Shown: in pieces, positions 40,306 to 50,444 of the stretch
Position numbering within the stretch: position 1 is the first letter of the stretch
Layout of the letters: the number at the start of each line of letters is the position of its first letter
Origin: an uncultured Nitrospiraceae bacterium
GTDB taxonomy: Bacteria > Nitrospirota > Thermodesulfovibrionia > Thermodesulfovibrionales > SM23-35
Length of the DNA stretch: 64,000 nucleotides
Reading direction: 5' to 3'
NCBI GenBank assembly: GCA_963727775.1
Contig: CAVSHB010000002.1
Location: 448,001-512,000 of the forward strand
The notes under the pieces: generated by a model
The model's database searches: none
The model's input: the letters and a program-made list of their open reading frames with translations, nothing else
What the model was told of the DNA's origin: nothing
Position numbers and translations under genes: made by a program

Positions 40306-40881
40306 ATGAAAAAATTGGGGATGGTATTAATGCTGGCTTTGACAGTGAGTTTATTCTGTTGTACAGAGAAACCAAAAGGAGGTACATCAAAAGAAAGTAC
40401 AATTCCTTCTCCTCCGGTTTCGTCCATGAAGTTTGGCTTTGAAGATGGGATTCAGGATTGGAAAGCGATGGGGAAAGCTCAGCTTTCGCAAACTACAGTC
40501 AAACATAAAACTGGAAAAGCAAGTTTGGAAATAAAAGGAATCGGGCAGGCCGGACTTTGGGGTTTTGCAAGGTCCAAGCAAATTAGTGTGTTCCCGGGGA
40601 AACATTATAAGCTTAGTGGATGGATGCTTATCGATTCTATCAGTGATGATACTTCTTTCTTTAAATGCGAATATTGGAGCGATGGGAATTGGGCCAAAAA
40701 TATAGGAGGTACACAGTATGACCTTAAAAAGAAAGGGGAATGGCAGGAACTGACGGCAGTATGTGATGCGCCTGAAGGAAAAAGCGTAACTTTAAGTATT
40801 GCTGTTGATAAACGTCCTATGGAGAAAGATGTTACTGCAACGCTCTATGTCGATGATGTAAAAATTGAAAAGATCGATTAA
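40306..40881 (+). CDS. Lipoprotein with carbohydrate-binding-module-like (CBM4/9-type) domain
   Basis: Signal peptide ending in SLFCC; FGFEDGIQDW, HKTGKASLEI, PGKHYKLSGWM, EWQEL, LYVDDVKI. Confidence 0.7.
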   Translation: MKKLGMVLMLALTVSLFCCTEKPKGGTSKESTIPSPPVSSMKFGFEDGIQDWKAMGKAQLSQTTVKHKTGKASLEIKGIGQAGLWGFARSKQISVFPGKHYKLSGWMLIDSISDDTSFFKCEYWSDGNWAKNIGGTQYDLKKKGEWQELTAVCDAPEGKSVTLSIAVDKRPMEKDVTATLYVDDVKIEKID

Positions 40882-41021
40882 TTTTGTGGGACATCGGCAT
40901 ACGATGAGGCGATAGTATCTTTTATTGACAAATAATGAAATGAAGAATCAAGTGAGTCGTAACAAAATCGGTTCGTGAATTTAATTTTGTGTTAATAAGC
41001 TGACTGAACAAAGGTTAAGAA

Positions 41022-41627
41022 ATGAAGGATATCGACAAACTTAGTGAAATCGAAAAATACTTTAATTTACTGAAAAAGACGATTGATAATGTGGATAGAA
41101 TTGAGATAAGTAAATTTATTGATATTATTGAGGAAGCGTACGATAGGGGATCGAATATTTATGTCTGTGGTAATGGAGGGAGTGCCCTGACTGCTTCTCA
41201 TTTTGCCTGTGACTTAAACAAAGGGGCAAGTGGTAATCTAAAAAAGAGATTCCGTGTTGTGCCTCTAACAGATAGTATAGCTACAATAATGGCATATGCA
41301 AATGATATCAGTTATGAGGATATTTTTGCCGAACAACTGAAAAATCATCTAAAAAAGGACGATGTAGTTATAGGGATATCGGGAAGCGGAAACTCCAGGA
41401 ATGTTCTGAAAGCTATAGAAATTGCCAAAAAAAATGGCAATATCACAGTCGGCGTAACGGGGTTCGACGGCGGCAGACTGAGGCATCTCGTTTCTCACAG
41501 CGTTAACGTGAATTGTAATGATATGCAAATTTCTGAAGACGTTCATGTGATTTTATGCCATTTGACAATGAAGATCTTGATGAAAGTATTGGCAGGTGAA
41601 AACTGTCGGCAAGAAGTAACAATGTGA
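41022..41627 (+). CDS. gmhA: Sedoheptulose-7-phosphate isomerase (SIS domain)
   Basis: CGNGGSA, ASHFACDL, AYAND, GISGSGNS, EDVH. Confidence 0.88.
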   Translation: MKDIDKLSEIEKYFNLLKKTIDNVDRIEISKFIDIIEEAYDRGSNIYVCGNGGSALTASHFACDLNKGASGNLKKRFRVVPLTDSIATIMAYANDISYEDIFAEQLKNHLKKDDVVIGISGSGNSRNVLKAIEIAKKNGNITVGVTGFDGGRLRHLVSHSVNVNCNDMQISEDVHVILCHLTMKILMKVLAGENCRQEVTM

Positions 41628-41652
41628 ATACAAGAAAAGCAACCCATAAGCT

Positions 41653-42597
41653 ATGATGGACATTCTTATTACGGGAGGAGCCGGTTTTATCGGAAGCCAC
41701 TTATGTGATTACCTGATTAGGGGAAAAGATAAGAGGCTCACCATTGTCGACAATTTATCTCTCGGAAGAAATGAAAACATTTCTCATTTGACGGGTACTG
41801 GAAATGTCAGGTTCTTTGAACAAGACATTCTTGATGAAAGAAAAATGTCTCAATTATTCGAGAAAGAACAATATGACATTGTTTTCCATATGGCTGCAAA
41901 TTCAGATATTGCGAAAAGTCATGCTGAGCCCGGCATTGATTTAAATAACACATTCATGACCACCTATACTGTTCTGAATCTTATGCGGCAGTATGATGTG
42001 AAGAAGATCGTATTTGCATCGTCATCTGCAATATACGGAGAAACAACAGAAACACTTACTGAAGATTACGGACCGCTCTTGCCGCTCTCTCATTACGGTG
42101 CTGCAAAACTCGCTTCTGAAGCATTTATATCTTCTTTTGCCGAGAATTATGGAATGCAGGCGTGGATAGTGCGGTTTCCCAATGTGGCGGGGGAGAGATC
42201 AACGCATGGCGTTATTTTTGATTTCATTGCCAAATTAAGGAAGGACCCCCGTACTTTGGAAGTATTGGGGGACGGAGAACAATATAAACCATATCTCTAT
42301 GTGAAAGATCTTGTTGAAGCAATACTTTTTATATGTGAAAATTCAAAAGAAAAGGTAAATTGTTTTAATGTAGGAGTAGGATCACGCACAAAGGTGAAAG
42401 ATATTGCCCGGATGGTTGTTGAGGAAATGGGATTGCATGCTGAAATAAAATATACCGGCGGGGATCGGGGATGGATAGGCGATGTACCGGAATTTTCATA
42501 TGATTTATCAAGAATTCATGCTCTTGGCTGGAAAGCAAAAATATCCTCGGATGAGGCAGTGAGAAAATCAATAAGGTATATCTTGGGGAAGAGTTAA
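41653..42597 (+). CDS. NAD-dependent nucleotide-sugar epimerase/dehydratase (extended SDR)
   Basis: ITGGAGFIGSHL, FASSSAIYG, YGAAK. Confidence 0.92.
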   Translation: MMDILITGGAGFIGSHLCDYLIRGKDKRLTIVDNLSLGRNENISHLTGTGNVRFFEQDILDERKMSQLFEKEQYDIVFHMAANSDIAKSHAEPGIDLNNTFMTTYTVLNLMRQYDVKKIVFASSSAIYGETTETLTEDYGPLLPLSHYGAAKLASEAFISSFAENYGMQAWIVRFPNVAGERSTHGVIFDFIAKLRKDPRTLEVLGDGEQYKPYLYVKDLVEAILFICENSKEKVNCFNVGVGSRTKVKDIARMVVEEMGLHAEIKYTGGDRGWIGDVPEFSYDLSRIHALGWKAKISSDEAVRKSIRYILGKS

Positions 42598-42623
42598 ATA
42601 TTGTTGCGGATAATAAGAGAAGC

Positions 42624-43907
42624 ATGAAAGTTGTTATCATCGCCGGCGGTAAGGGAACCCGTCTCGGGTTGAAAGAGATCCCAAAGCCGATGATAAAAAT
42701 CGCCGGAAAACCCATCCTTGAGCATCAGATAGAAATGGCGAGAAGATATGGAATTAGTGATTATTTTATTTTATCTGGACATCTTGGAAATATTATTTTT
42801 GATTATTTCGGGAACGGCGAGAATTTCGGGGTCAAGATTACACATATAATTGATCCTTATCCGCTCGGCACAGCGGGAAGCCTTAAACTTCTTGAACATA
42901 TTCTTACAGAACGATTCTTTGTGTTCTACGGGGATGTGGTAATGGACGTTGATCTTAAGGATATGCTGGAATTTGATAAGCAAAATGGAGGAACAGCTAC
43001 CGTTACCGTGCATCCCAATGACCATCCTTATGACAGTGATCTTGTCGAAGTCGATGAGGATAATTATGTTAAGGCATTCCATCCCAAACCTCATAAGGAA
43101 GGGATTTATTATAGAAATCTCGTCAACGCTGCGCTTTACATATTCTCGCCTGAAATTTTCATGCATATTCCTTTTGGCGAACCAAAAGATTTCGGCAGAG
43201 ATATATTCCCGGAATTGGTGGAACGCAATAAGAAGATCGGTGCATATAAAACTGTTGAATATATCAAAGATGTGGGTACGCATGACAGATTGGAGAAGGT
43301 ATCCCGGGATTTCGAGAGCGGGAAAGTGGCCCGGTTGAACAGGAGTAATAAACGGAAAGCCATCTTCCTTGACCGTGACGGAGTTATCAATAAATTTGTT
43401 GATAATCTTTCCCTTGTGGAAGAGTTTGAACTTGTCGATAAAGCGGCGGAAACAATAGCGAGAATAAATAAAAGCGAATTTATGAGTATTGTTGTGACAA
43501 ACCAACCGATGATAGCAAAAGGTTTTCTAACGGCAGAAACATTGAATGAGATGCACAAAAAAATGGATTCACTTTTGGGCGTGGGAAGGGCATACATTGA
43601 TCACTTGTATTATTGTCCTCATCACCCGCAAGCGGGGTTTGAAGGCGAGATCAGGAAGTTGAAGACAGAATGTGAATGCCGAAAGCCAAAACCCGGAATG
43701 TTTTTCCAGGCGGCAAAAGACTTTAATATCGATTTGAGTAGCTCATGGATGGTTGGTGACCATGAACGAGATATCATGGCAGGCAGGCGGGCAGGCTGTA
43801 GAACAATTTATTTAAATGATCAAGGCAAAGAAAATGAACTTGCGGATTATTTATTTAGTAACTTATCTGAAGCAATAGATTTTATTTTGGAGAAGGAGCA
43901 CAAATGA
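42624..43907 (+). CDS. Fused heptose-1-phosphate nucleotidyltransferase (HddC-like) + heptose bisphosphate phosphatase (GmhB-like)
   Basis: N-terminal AGGKGTRL..PKPM, PLGTAG; C-terminal FLDRDGVIN, VTNQ, CPHHP, CRKPKPGM, MVGD. Confidence 0.9.
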   Translation: MKVVIIAGGKGTRLGLKEIPKPMIKIAGKPILEHQIEMARRYGISDYFILSGHLGNIIFDYFGNGENFGVKITHIIDPYPLGTAGSLKLLEHILTERFFVFYGDVVMDVDLKDMLEFDKQNGGTATVTVHPNDHPYDSDLVEVDEDNYVKAFHPKPHKEGIYYRNLVNAALYIFSPEIFMHIPFGEPKDFGRDIFPELVERNKKIGAYKTVEYIKDVGTHDRLEKVSRDFESGKVARLNRSNKRKAIFLDRDGVINKFVDNLSLVEEFELVDKAAETIARINKSEFMSIVVTNQPMIAKGFLTAETLNEMHKKMDSLLGVGRAYIDHLYYCPHHPQAGFEGEIRKLKTECECRKPKPGMFFQAAKDFNIDLSSSWMVGDHERDIMAGRRAGCRTIYLNDQGKENELADYLFSNLSEAIDFILEKEHK

Positions 43908-44884
43908 TTATTACTCGTACACCATTTCGAATAAGTTTTTGCGGGGGAGGGAGTGACCTTAAGGAATATTACTTTAAATATGGAGGTGCTGTTTTAAGCG
44001 CAAGTATAAATAAATATGTTTTTCTCTCCCTCCATCCTTTTTTCTATGGCAACAAGTATTTTTTGAAATATTCAAAAAGTGAACTCGTAGACAATATTGA
44101 TCAAATCCAACACAGAATTATACGTCAAATTTTTAAGGATTATGGAATCAATGGCGTGGATTTTAACTCAAGCGCTGATATTCCTTCGGGCACGGGGTTG
44201 GGGTCTTCCTCTGCATTTACAGTCGGACTTATTAATCTTTGTAACGCGTATGTTGGAAAGTATATGAATAAAGAAGAAATGGCAAGATATGCTTGCGAGA
44301 TTGAAGTTGAAAAATTAGGTGAGCCTATAGGTAAGCAAGATCAGTTTATCTGTGCAATAGGGGGACTTAATTATATCTCATTTCATCGGGACGATAGTGT
44401 TACCGTTGAAAAAGTATATATTGACCATGTGAAAAGAAAATATCTTGAGAAGAATTTACTTATGTTTTATACGGGGATAACCCGTTCCGCAAGCGAAATA
44501 TTAGCAGAGCAGCAAAACAATACCTGTATAGATAAATCTAAAATCGAAAATCTACATAAGATGGTCAAATTAGCCGGTGAGCTTAAGAATGAACTTTTAA
44601 GAGGCAACATCGATGCATTGGGAGAAATACTCCGTGCAGGCTGGATGTATAAAAGGGAACTTGCGTCAGGAATATCTAATGAGCAGATCAACTATTATTA
44701 TGATATCGCCATGAAAAACGGCGCGACAGGCGGAAAACTCCTTGGCGCTGGTGGAGGTGGCTTCTTGCTTTTCTATGTAAAAGAGGATTATCAAGATAGG
44801 GTCCGAAACGCGCTGAGTGACCTTAAGGAACTTGAATTCCATTTTGATTACGCAGGCACAAGCATAATATATTACGATAAATGA
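43904..44884 (+). CDS. hddA: D-glycero-alpha-D-manno-heptose-7-phosphate kinase (GHMP family)
   Basis: TRTPFRISFCGGGSD, GTGLGSSS, GKQDQ, GGKLLGAGGGGF. Confidence 0.9.
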   Translation: MIITRTPFRISFCGGGSDLKEYYFKYGGAVLSASINKYVFLSLHPFFYGNKYFLKYSKSELVDNIDQIQHRIIRQIFKDYGINGVDFNSSADIPSGTGLGSSSAFTVGLINLCNAYVGKYMNKEEMARYACEIEVEKLGEPIGKQDQFICAIGGLNYISFHRDDSVTVEKVYIDHVKRKYLEKNLLMFYTGITRSASEILAEQQNNTCIDKSKIENLHKMVKLAGELKNELLRGNIDALGEILRAGWMYKRELASGISNEQINYYYDIAMKNGATGGKLLGAGGGGFLLFYVKEDYQDRVRNALSDLKELEFHFDYAGTSIIYYDK

Positions 44885-44896
44885 ATGAATTAAAAG

Positions 44897-46315
44897 ATGG
44901 ATATGAAAAGAAAGAACTTAGATTTCTTTGAAAAAATAGCGCCTGAGAGAGATAAATGGAAGGAGAAAAATAAATCTTATTGGGAAGACATAGAAAACTT
45001 TTGTTCATTCTTGGTCCCTGAAAATGCGAGTGTATTAGAGGTTGGTTGTGGAACAGGAGATCTGCTGGCCTCTATTCAGGCGAGAAAAAAAGTCGGCATC
45101 GATTACAGCAGTACGATGATCGAGGTCGCCGGGAAAAAATATCCGGATATTGATTTTTTTGTTATGGAAGCCGAGAATTTAATTTTCAATGAAAAGTTTG
45201 ACTATATCATTATCTCAAATTTAATCGGATATCTTGAAGATATCCAAAAGATTTTTTTTGAGTTGAAAAAAGTAAGTCATCCCCATACAAAGCTTATTGT
45301 TACTTATTATAATTTCTTGTGGCAGCCGTTATTAAATATTGCTGAATTGCTTAATTTGCGAATGAGGCAGCCGCAACAGAACTGGCTTTCCAAACAGGAC
45401 ATTATTAACCTCCTTTACTTATCAGGGTTCGATGCATTCAAAAGCGGAGAACGCTTGCTGTTTCCGATAAATGTCCCTTTTATTTCATCATTTTTAAACA
45501 AATATTTCGCAAAGCTCCCCTTGCTTAAAAAGTTGTGTCTTACCAATTATGTTATCGCGAAACCATTTCAATCAGAAGATGATTATAAAGATAAATATTC
45601 GGTATCAGTTATTATTCCTGCCAGGAATGAAAGCGGAAATATTGAGAATGCTATTCTCAGAATTCCTCAGATGGGAAGACATACGGAAATTATTTTTGTG
45701 GAAGGAAATTCGACGGACGACACCTGGAGAAAAATACAGGAGATGTACGAGAAATATAAAGCTCAATATGACATTAAGATCGCCCGGCAGGATGGCAAGG
45801 GAAAGGGAGATGCCGTGCGTAAAGGATTTGATATGGCCCATGGCGACATCCTTATGATCCTTGATGCGGATTTGACAGTTCAACCAGAGGACCTGCCAAA
45901 ATTCTATGATGCTATTGCCTCGGGGAAAGGTGAATTTATCAACGGCAGTCGTCTTGTTTACAACATGGATAAAAAGGCGATGAGATTTCTGAACCTCTTA
46001 GGGAACAAATTTTTCAGCCTAATGTTCACATGGCTTCTTGATCAGAGATTTAAAGATACGCTGTGCGGTACAAAAGTGATATTCAAAGGCGACTATGAAG
46101 AATTAAAGAAAGGCAGGAAATTTTTTGGCGATTTCGACCCCTTTGGTGATTTCGACTTGATTTTCGGCGCTTCCAAATTAAATCTAAAGATTGCCGAAGT
46201 ACCTATTCAATATAGAGAGCGGACATACGGATCGACGAATATCAGCAGATTCAGCCATGGTTTATTGCTCTTGAAAATGTGCCTTTTTGCAGCGAAGAAA
46301 ATAAAATTCAATTAG
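44897..46315 (+). CDS. Methyltransferase-like domain fused to DPM1-like GT2 (polyprenol-phosphate glycosyltransferase)
   Basis: VLEVGCGTGDLL; then VIIPARNE, GKGDAV, ILDADL, GSR, DTLCGTK, EVPIQYRERTYG. Confidence 0.85.
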   Translation: MDMKRKNLDFFEKIAPERDKWKEKNKSYWEDIENFCSFLVPENASVLEVGCGTGDLLASIQARKKVGIDYSSTMIEVAGKKYPDIDFFVMEAENLIFNEKFDYIIISNLIGYLEDIQKIFFELKKVSHPHTKLIVTYYNFLWQPLLNIAELLNLRMRQPQQNWLSKQDIINLLYLSGFDAFKSGERLLFPINVPFISSFLNKYFAKLPLLKKLCLTNYVIAKPFQSEDDYKDKYSVSVIIPARNESGNIENAILRIPQMGRHTEIIFVEGNSTDDTWRKIQEMYEKYKAQYDIKIARQDGKGKGDAVRKGFDMAHGDILMILDADLTVQPEDLPKFYDAIASGKGEFINGSRLVYNMDKKAMRFLNLLGNKFFSLMFTWLLDQRFKDTLCGTKVIFKGDYEELKKGRKFFGDFDPFGDFDLIFGASKLNLKIAEVPIQYRERTYGSTNISRFSHGLLLLKMCLFAAKKIKFN

Positions 46316-46469
46316 GCTATAAGAGTGAAATCCGAATCAGTTTATCTGCCCTACAGACGAGAAAGGCAACTCTTAATATGAACGATGAAGTGATAGAGAA
46401 ATGCGCGATCCCTTAAGAAATCTTTGTCGTTAAGAATTAATCGGCCTCTCAAAGTTATAAGGAGTCTCT

Positions 46470-48671
46470 GTGAGTTGCAATTGTATAAATAGCAAAATGA
46501 GAAACAATAAAGATGTACTTATTTTGATAGGTGTTATCCTTTTCTTTGTTTCAGGTAATCTTGTTTGGTTCAAAATGGATCAGGTGCCACCAATGTGGGA
46601 TCAGGCTGTATATTTAAAAGAAAGCCTGATTCTTTATGATAAGTTAACAAATGAGGGCCTCGTATCTTTTTGTAATGCTTTTACTCATGCGATTAAAATA
46701 AAGGCGCCATTAATTGCAGTTATGCCTGTGCCTTTTTATCTGCTATTTGGTAAAGGATACATAAGCGCTCTTTGTGTCAATCTTTTATTTATTTTTATCA
46801 ACAGCTATTACCTTTACAATCTTGGCGCAATAATATCAGGCCGCAGAGTTGCTTTGCTAAGTGTCCTCATTTTGAATCTTTTCCCGCTGGTATTTGGGAT
46901 GTCAAGGGAGTTTTTAGTTGAATACGGTCTCATGACCCTTGTAGTTATGTGGTTTTATTATCTTCTCAGATCGGACTGTTTTGAAAACAGGAAATATTCT
47001 CTGGTGCTCGGAATTGTTTCCGGTCTCGGAATGCTTATGAAAGTTTCTTTCCCTCTTTATGTTATTGCCCCTGCGCTCTTCCTTTGCATTAAAAGTGTCA
47101 TTAAGCAGAAGAAACTATCCGGAGTATCTATTGTGAATTTTCTGATGGCGCTTATTGCCGGAACGTTGTTGGCAGGTGTTTGGTATTTAAAGAACTTCTC
47201 CTATGTCATGGACTTCGCACTAACATCGGGATATGGACAAGTGGCGGAAAAGTACCAGATGGGCGCTGTGTTTTCACTGGAAACTATTCTTAAATATTGG
47301 TTGTTCATAATAAATTACGGCATATCCACATATATGTTTTTGGTGATTGGTTGCCTGATTATTATTTGGGGTGTCGCCTATCTGGCTAAGCGGACAGCAG
47401 CCTCACTGGAGAAAGATTATTTTTATTTCCTCTTAATTTGGTTCGCAGTTCCATTTGTTGTCTACACATTTGGAGTGAACAAAGACTACCGCTATATTAC
47501 TCCCGTTTGTCCATCTATTGCGCTATTAATGAGTATAGGACTAACCCATATCCCTTTCATTAAACTTAATACCCCGCAGTCTCTGCTGCGGGTACCTTGC
47601 GGTGTCGGGGTGCAGGGCGTCGGAGCGAAGCGGAGACCCTTGCCCACAGCACGGGGTCTAATACCCCGTGCACGGAGTACTGAGCGTAGCGAAGCTTTTA
47701 TTAAATACAGAAAGATTTTACAGGTTTTTCTTGTAATCTTACCCATTATTAACTATTTGTTTATTTCTTTTTACATGAAGCCTGTGAGTTTAGAAACCAA
47801 ACACTTTGTTTTGCTGGATAATAACCTTTCTTACACCCATCCACCTCGCAAAGAAAAATGGCCAAATGAAAGATTAATTGATTTCATACGCATTGATGCA
47901 ATAAGAACTGGAATAAGTCCTCAGTCAGTTGAGACAACATTGTTGTTTGATCATAATTATATGAACGATAGCACTCAGAATTATTATTCGAAAAAAGAAG
48001 GGGCAGGCATTAATTTTATTACAAATGACTATTATTCTAATGAGAGCATAGCCGAAACGGTTGATAAAATAGAGAATAAATCAAGCTATATTGTTACAAA
48101 ATCCGACAACCTCGGCCCGGATTTTTCGAATGTCAAAAACATTCCCATTATTGAACGTTTGAATGGAGGTAAGTTGCATTTTGAAAAAATCGGGGTGATT
48201 CCCCTGCCCGACGAGACTTTCTTAACAATTTACAGAAATAGGGATATAAAAAATAATTCAGCGGTTGAGATATTAAAAGATTACAATTCTCATGCACAGA
48301 AATTAGTCAATTTTTCGGGCAAAATAAGATTGCTGAATTCGGAATTAGAGCGCAACAAGAATGAATATCGAATGACCTTTTCCTGGGAATGTCTTGGTAA
48401 TATGGACCGAAACTACAGAATATTCGTCCATATATTTGATTCTCATAATGACTCGATTTTGAATTTGGACCATTTACCACTTGGTGCTTACCCGACATCC
48501 AAATGGAAAAAAGGAGAGATTATCAAGGATAAACTAAGATTTACAATGTATCCGGACAAAAACTTTCAGGTATACATCGGCGTGTATGAGGAAGATAATG
48601 GTAGCAGATTGCTTGTTAAGGATAAAATCGAGAACGATGATGAAAACATAAAGGGATTCAGAATTTATTAA
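46470..48671 (+). CDS. GT-C (ArnT/PMT-like) membrane glycosyltransferase with C-terminal extracytoplasmic domain; carries an in-frame repeat insertion
   Basis: PPMWDQAVY after TM1, many TM segments, GLGMLMK, NKDYRY, C-terminal YRIFVH..DH..YPTSKWKKGEII domain. Confidence 0.8.
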   Translation: MSCNCINSKMRNNKDVLILIGVILFFVSGNLVWFKMDQVPPMWDQAVYLKESLILYDKLTNEGLVSFCNAFTHAIKIKAPLIAVMPVPFYLLFGKGYISALCVNLLFIFINSYYLYNLGAIISGRRVALLSVLILNLFPLVFGMSREFLVEYGLMTLVVMWFYYLLRSDCFENRKYSLVLGIVSGLGMLMKVSFPLYVIAPALFLCIKSVIKQKKLSGVSIVNFLMALIAGTLLAGVWYLKNFSYVMDFALTSGYGQVAEKYQMGAVFSLETILKYWLFIINYGISTYMFLVIGCLIIIWGVAYLAKRTAASLEKDYFYFLLIWFAVPFVVYTFGVNKDYRYITPVCPSIALLMSIGLTHIPFIKLNTPQSLLRVPCGVGVQGVGAKRRPLPTARGLIPRARSTERSEAFIKYRKILQVFLVILPIINYLFISFYMKPVSLETKHFVLLDNNLSYTHPPRKEKWPNERLIDFIRIDAIRTGISPQSVETTLLFDHNYMNDSTQNYYSKKEGAGINFITNDYYSNESIAETVDKIENKSSYIVTKSDNLGPDFSNVKNIPIIERLNGGKLHFEKIGVIPLPDETFLTIYRNRDIKNNSAVEILKDYNSHAQKLVNFSGKIRLLNSELERNKNEYRMTFSWECLGNMDRNYRIFVHIFDSHNDSILNLDHLPLGAYPTSKWKKGEIIKDKLRFTMYPDKNFQVYIGVYEEDNGSRLLVKDKIENDDENIKGFRIY
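47563..47703 (+). mobile_element. Structured palindromic element, copy 1, inserted in frame in a CDS
   Basis: GC-rich 141-bp block inside an AT-rich gene; similar to 50173-50314; flanked by TTCATTA/TTTATTA. Confidence 0.85.
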
Positions 48672-48723
48672 TATTTCACGCACCAAGCACAACATTTATA
48701 GGGATAAGGAAGAACTTTATATA

Positions 48724-50118
48724 GTGAGAAATTTTTCTAATTTCACGAAGGGAATTATTGCATTTTACCTTTTTTCAATCGGGTATGCAATTATTACGCA
48801 ACGCCCTTTTTTTGCTGACGGAGCCCATAATTTTCTTAAGATACTCGAGATACAATCTTTTATTTATACAAATATCTTTGCGAGAGCGCATGCCATGTAT
48901 GTGTACTATTTCATCCCGTTAATCTTGATCAAGATATTTCATGTGAAAAATCTTGATTTCTTGTCGTATGCCTTTGGATTTGGACTATATCTGCCGCAGC
49001 TTGTCAGTCTGCTGATATGTTACTTTCTCACAAGAAAAAATAACATTCATTTCATGTTATTTCCTGTTATAGCCCTTTTTGGCATAACAATGAATCTTTC
49101 CTTTATCATCTTTCACGAGTCTCATCTAATTAATAATATCTTCTGGCCCATTTTATTCTATTTGATCTTAAAAGAGAACTTCTGCTGGAAGGACTCCGCC
49201 CTGTTACTTTTGCTCGGTGTCATATTTATGCGTTCCTATGAAACAGCTGCAATATTGGGGACGCTATTGATTATCTTATTAGTGGGCATAATTCGCCAGA
49301 GATGGCAAGGGGCCTTGGTGAAAACAAGAATGATTTGGATACTTATGTTGGTTATTTTTTCAGCCAGTGTAATTATTGCTACAAACTCAATAATCTCACC
49401 AGATATCCCGGCAAATCGAGCTTCTTTCATCTATTCTTTCCACAATCTTTTAAGGCACTGGATGGCTTTACTGTCTATTGGCTATATTATTCTGATATCT
49501 CTTTGCCTATTTAAGCCAGACTTTGTTAGAACATCCCTTTATCGATACATCACTGTGCTTTTGGTTGCCTTTACTATATTCATAAGCTTAACCCCGATTT
49601 TTGTGCCGAGCCTCATGAGACCCGATTTGCATTATCATGCGAGGGCCTTCATGACATATATGTTGCCCTTCCTTTCGGTTGTAGCATATTTAGTTATGAG
49701 GAATATCGTTACTGTTCCTGATTTCGCTTGGAGAAAGGTTTGGGTACTGGTGGCCTTCTTGGCACTCAGTCAGATAACCTGGCATGTGTTTGCAACGAGC
49801 CAATGGAATGGTTTCCGTCAAATATTCAAGGGCGAATTAGCCGCCCATAATGGTTTTGTGCGCGCAGAAGATACAATGCTAGTAAAAGACAATGTCGGCA
49901 TTCAATTAATTAGACCCTTAACCTGGCCATGGACAAACCCAACATTAAGTATCCTCTGGTCTAAGGATCAAGATGTCAGTACCATTATTAGTATTTCATC
50001 GATTGACTGGCCGTTTGACTGGCAACCCTTTAATCCATCAGTAGTCAGTGAACTGCCCAGAGTCGAAGGATTTGGGTTCTCCTTGGAAAAATACAGACAG
50101 GGCCTTTCTGAAAAATAA
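48724..50118 (+). CDS. Polytopic membrane protein, probable GT-C fold glycosyltransferase
   Basis: About 11 hydrophobic segments; acidic FFADG motif in the first loop; glycan-locus context. Confidence 0.55.
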   Translation: MRNFSNFTKGIIAFYLFSIGYAIITQRPFFADGAHNFLKILEIQSFIYTNIFARAHAMYVYYFIPLILIKIFHVKNLDFLSYAFGFGLYLPQLVSLLICYFLTRKNNIHFMLFPVIALFGITMNLSFIIFHESHLINNIFWPILFYLILKENFCWKDSALLLLLGVIFMRSYETAAILGTLLIILLVGIIRQRWQGALVKTRMIWILMLVIFSASVIIATNSIISPDIPANRASFIYSFHNLLRHWMALLSIGYIILISLCLFKPDFVRTSLYRYITVLLVAFTIFISLTPIFVPSLMRPDLHYHARAFMTYMLPFLSVVAYLVMRNIVTVPDFAWRKVWVLVAFLALSQITWHVFATSQWNGFRQIFKGELAAHNGFVRAEDTMLVKDNVGIQLIRPLTWPWTNPTLSILWSKDQDVSTIISISSIDWPFDWQPFNPSVVSELPRVEGFGFSLEKYRQGLSEK

Positions 50119-50172
50119 AACTCATGGTGTATGCTCTAATATTTTTTCCGTGCGTTTAGAATATATTTATTA

Positions 50173-50314
50173 ATCTCCATACCCCGCAGTCTCTGCGGCG
50201 GGCACCTTACGTCGTCGGGGTGCAGGGCGTCGGAGCGAAGCGCAGACCCTTGCCGACCCGCGGGGTCTAATACCCCGTGGTGTCGTGCCGAGCAAAGCGA
50301 GGTTTAGTTTATTA
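50173..50314 (+). mobile_element. Structured palindromic element, copy 2 (intergenic)
   Basis: ATACCCCGCAGTCTCTGC..GTCGGGGTGCAGGGCGTCGGAGCGAAGCG.AGACCCTTGCC..CGGGGTCTAATACCCCGTG shared with copy 1; flanked by TTTATTA on both sides. Confidence 0.85.
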
Positions 50315-50444
50315 TTTCCTGCGGAACTGTTAAAATTTATTAGATTGTGAAATGTGCGCCCTTGTGACAGATTCACTCTTGCAAAAAACATAATAAAAAT
50401 GATCAGGGATTTTTTCGGGGCATAACTTATCAGGTTGGAGGCAA

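Noticed and set aside
50170..50391. 73-aa minus-strand ORF (and 47492-47746)
   Set aside because: These are translations of the GC-rich palindromic element, not independent genes.
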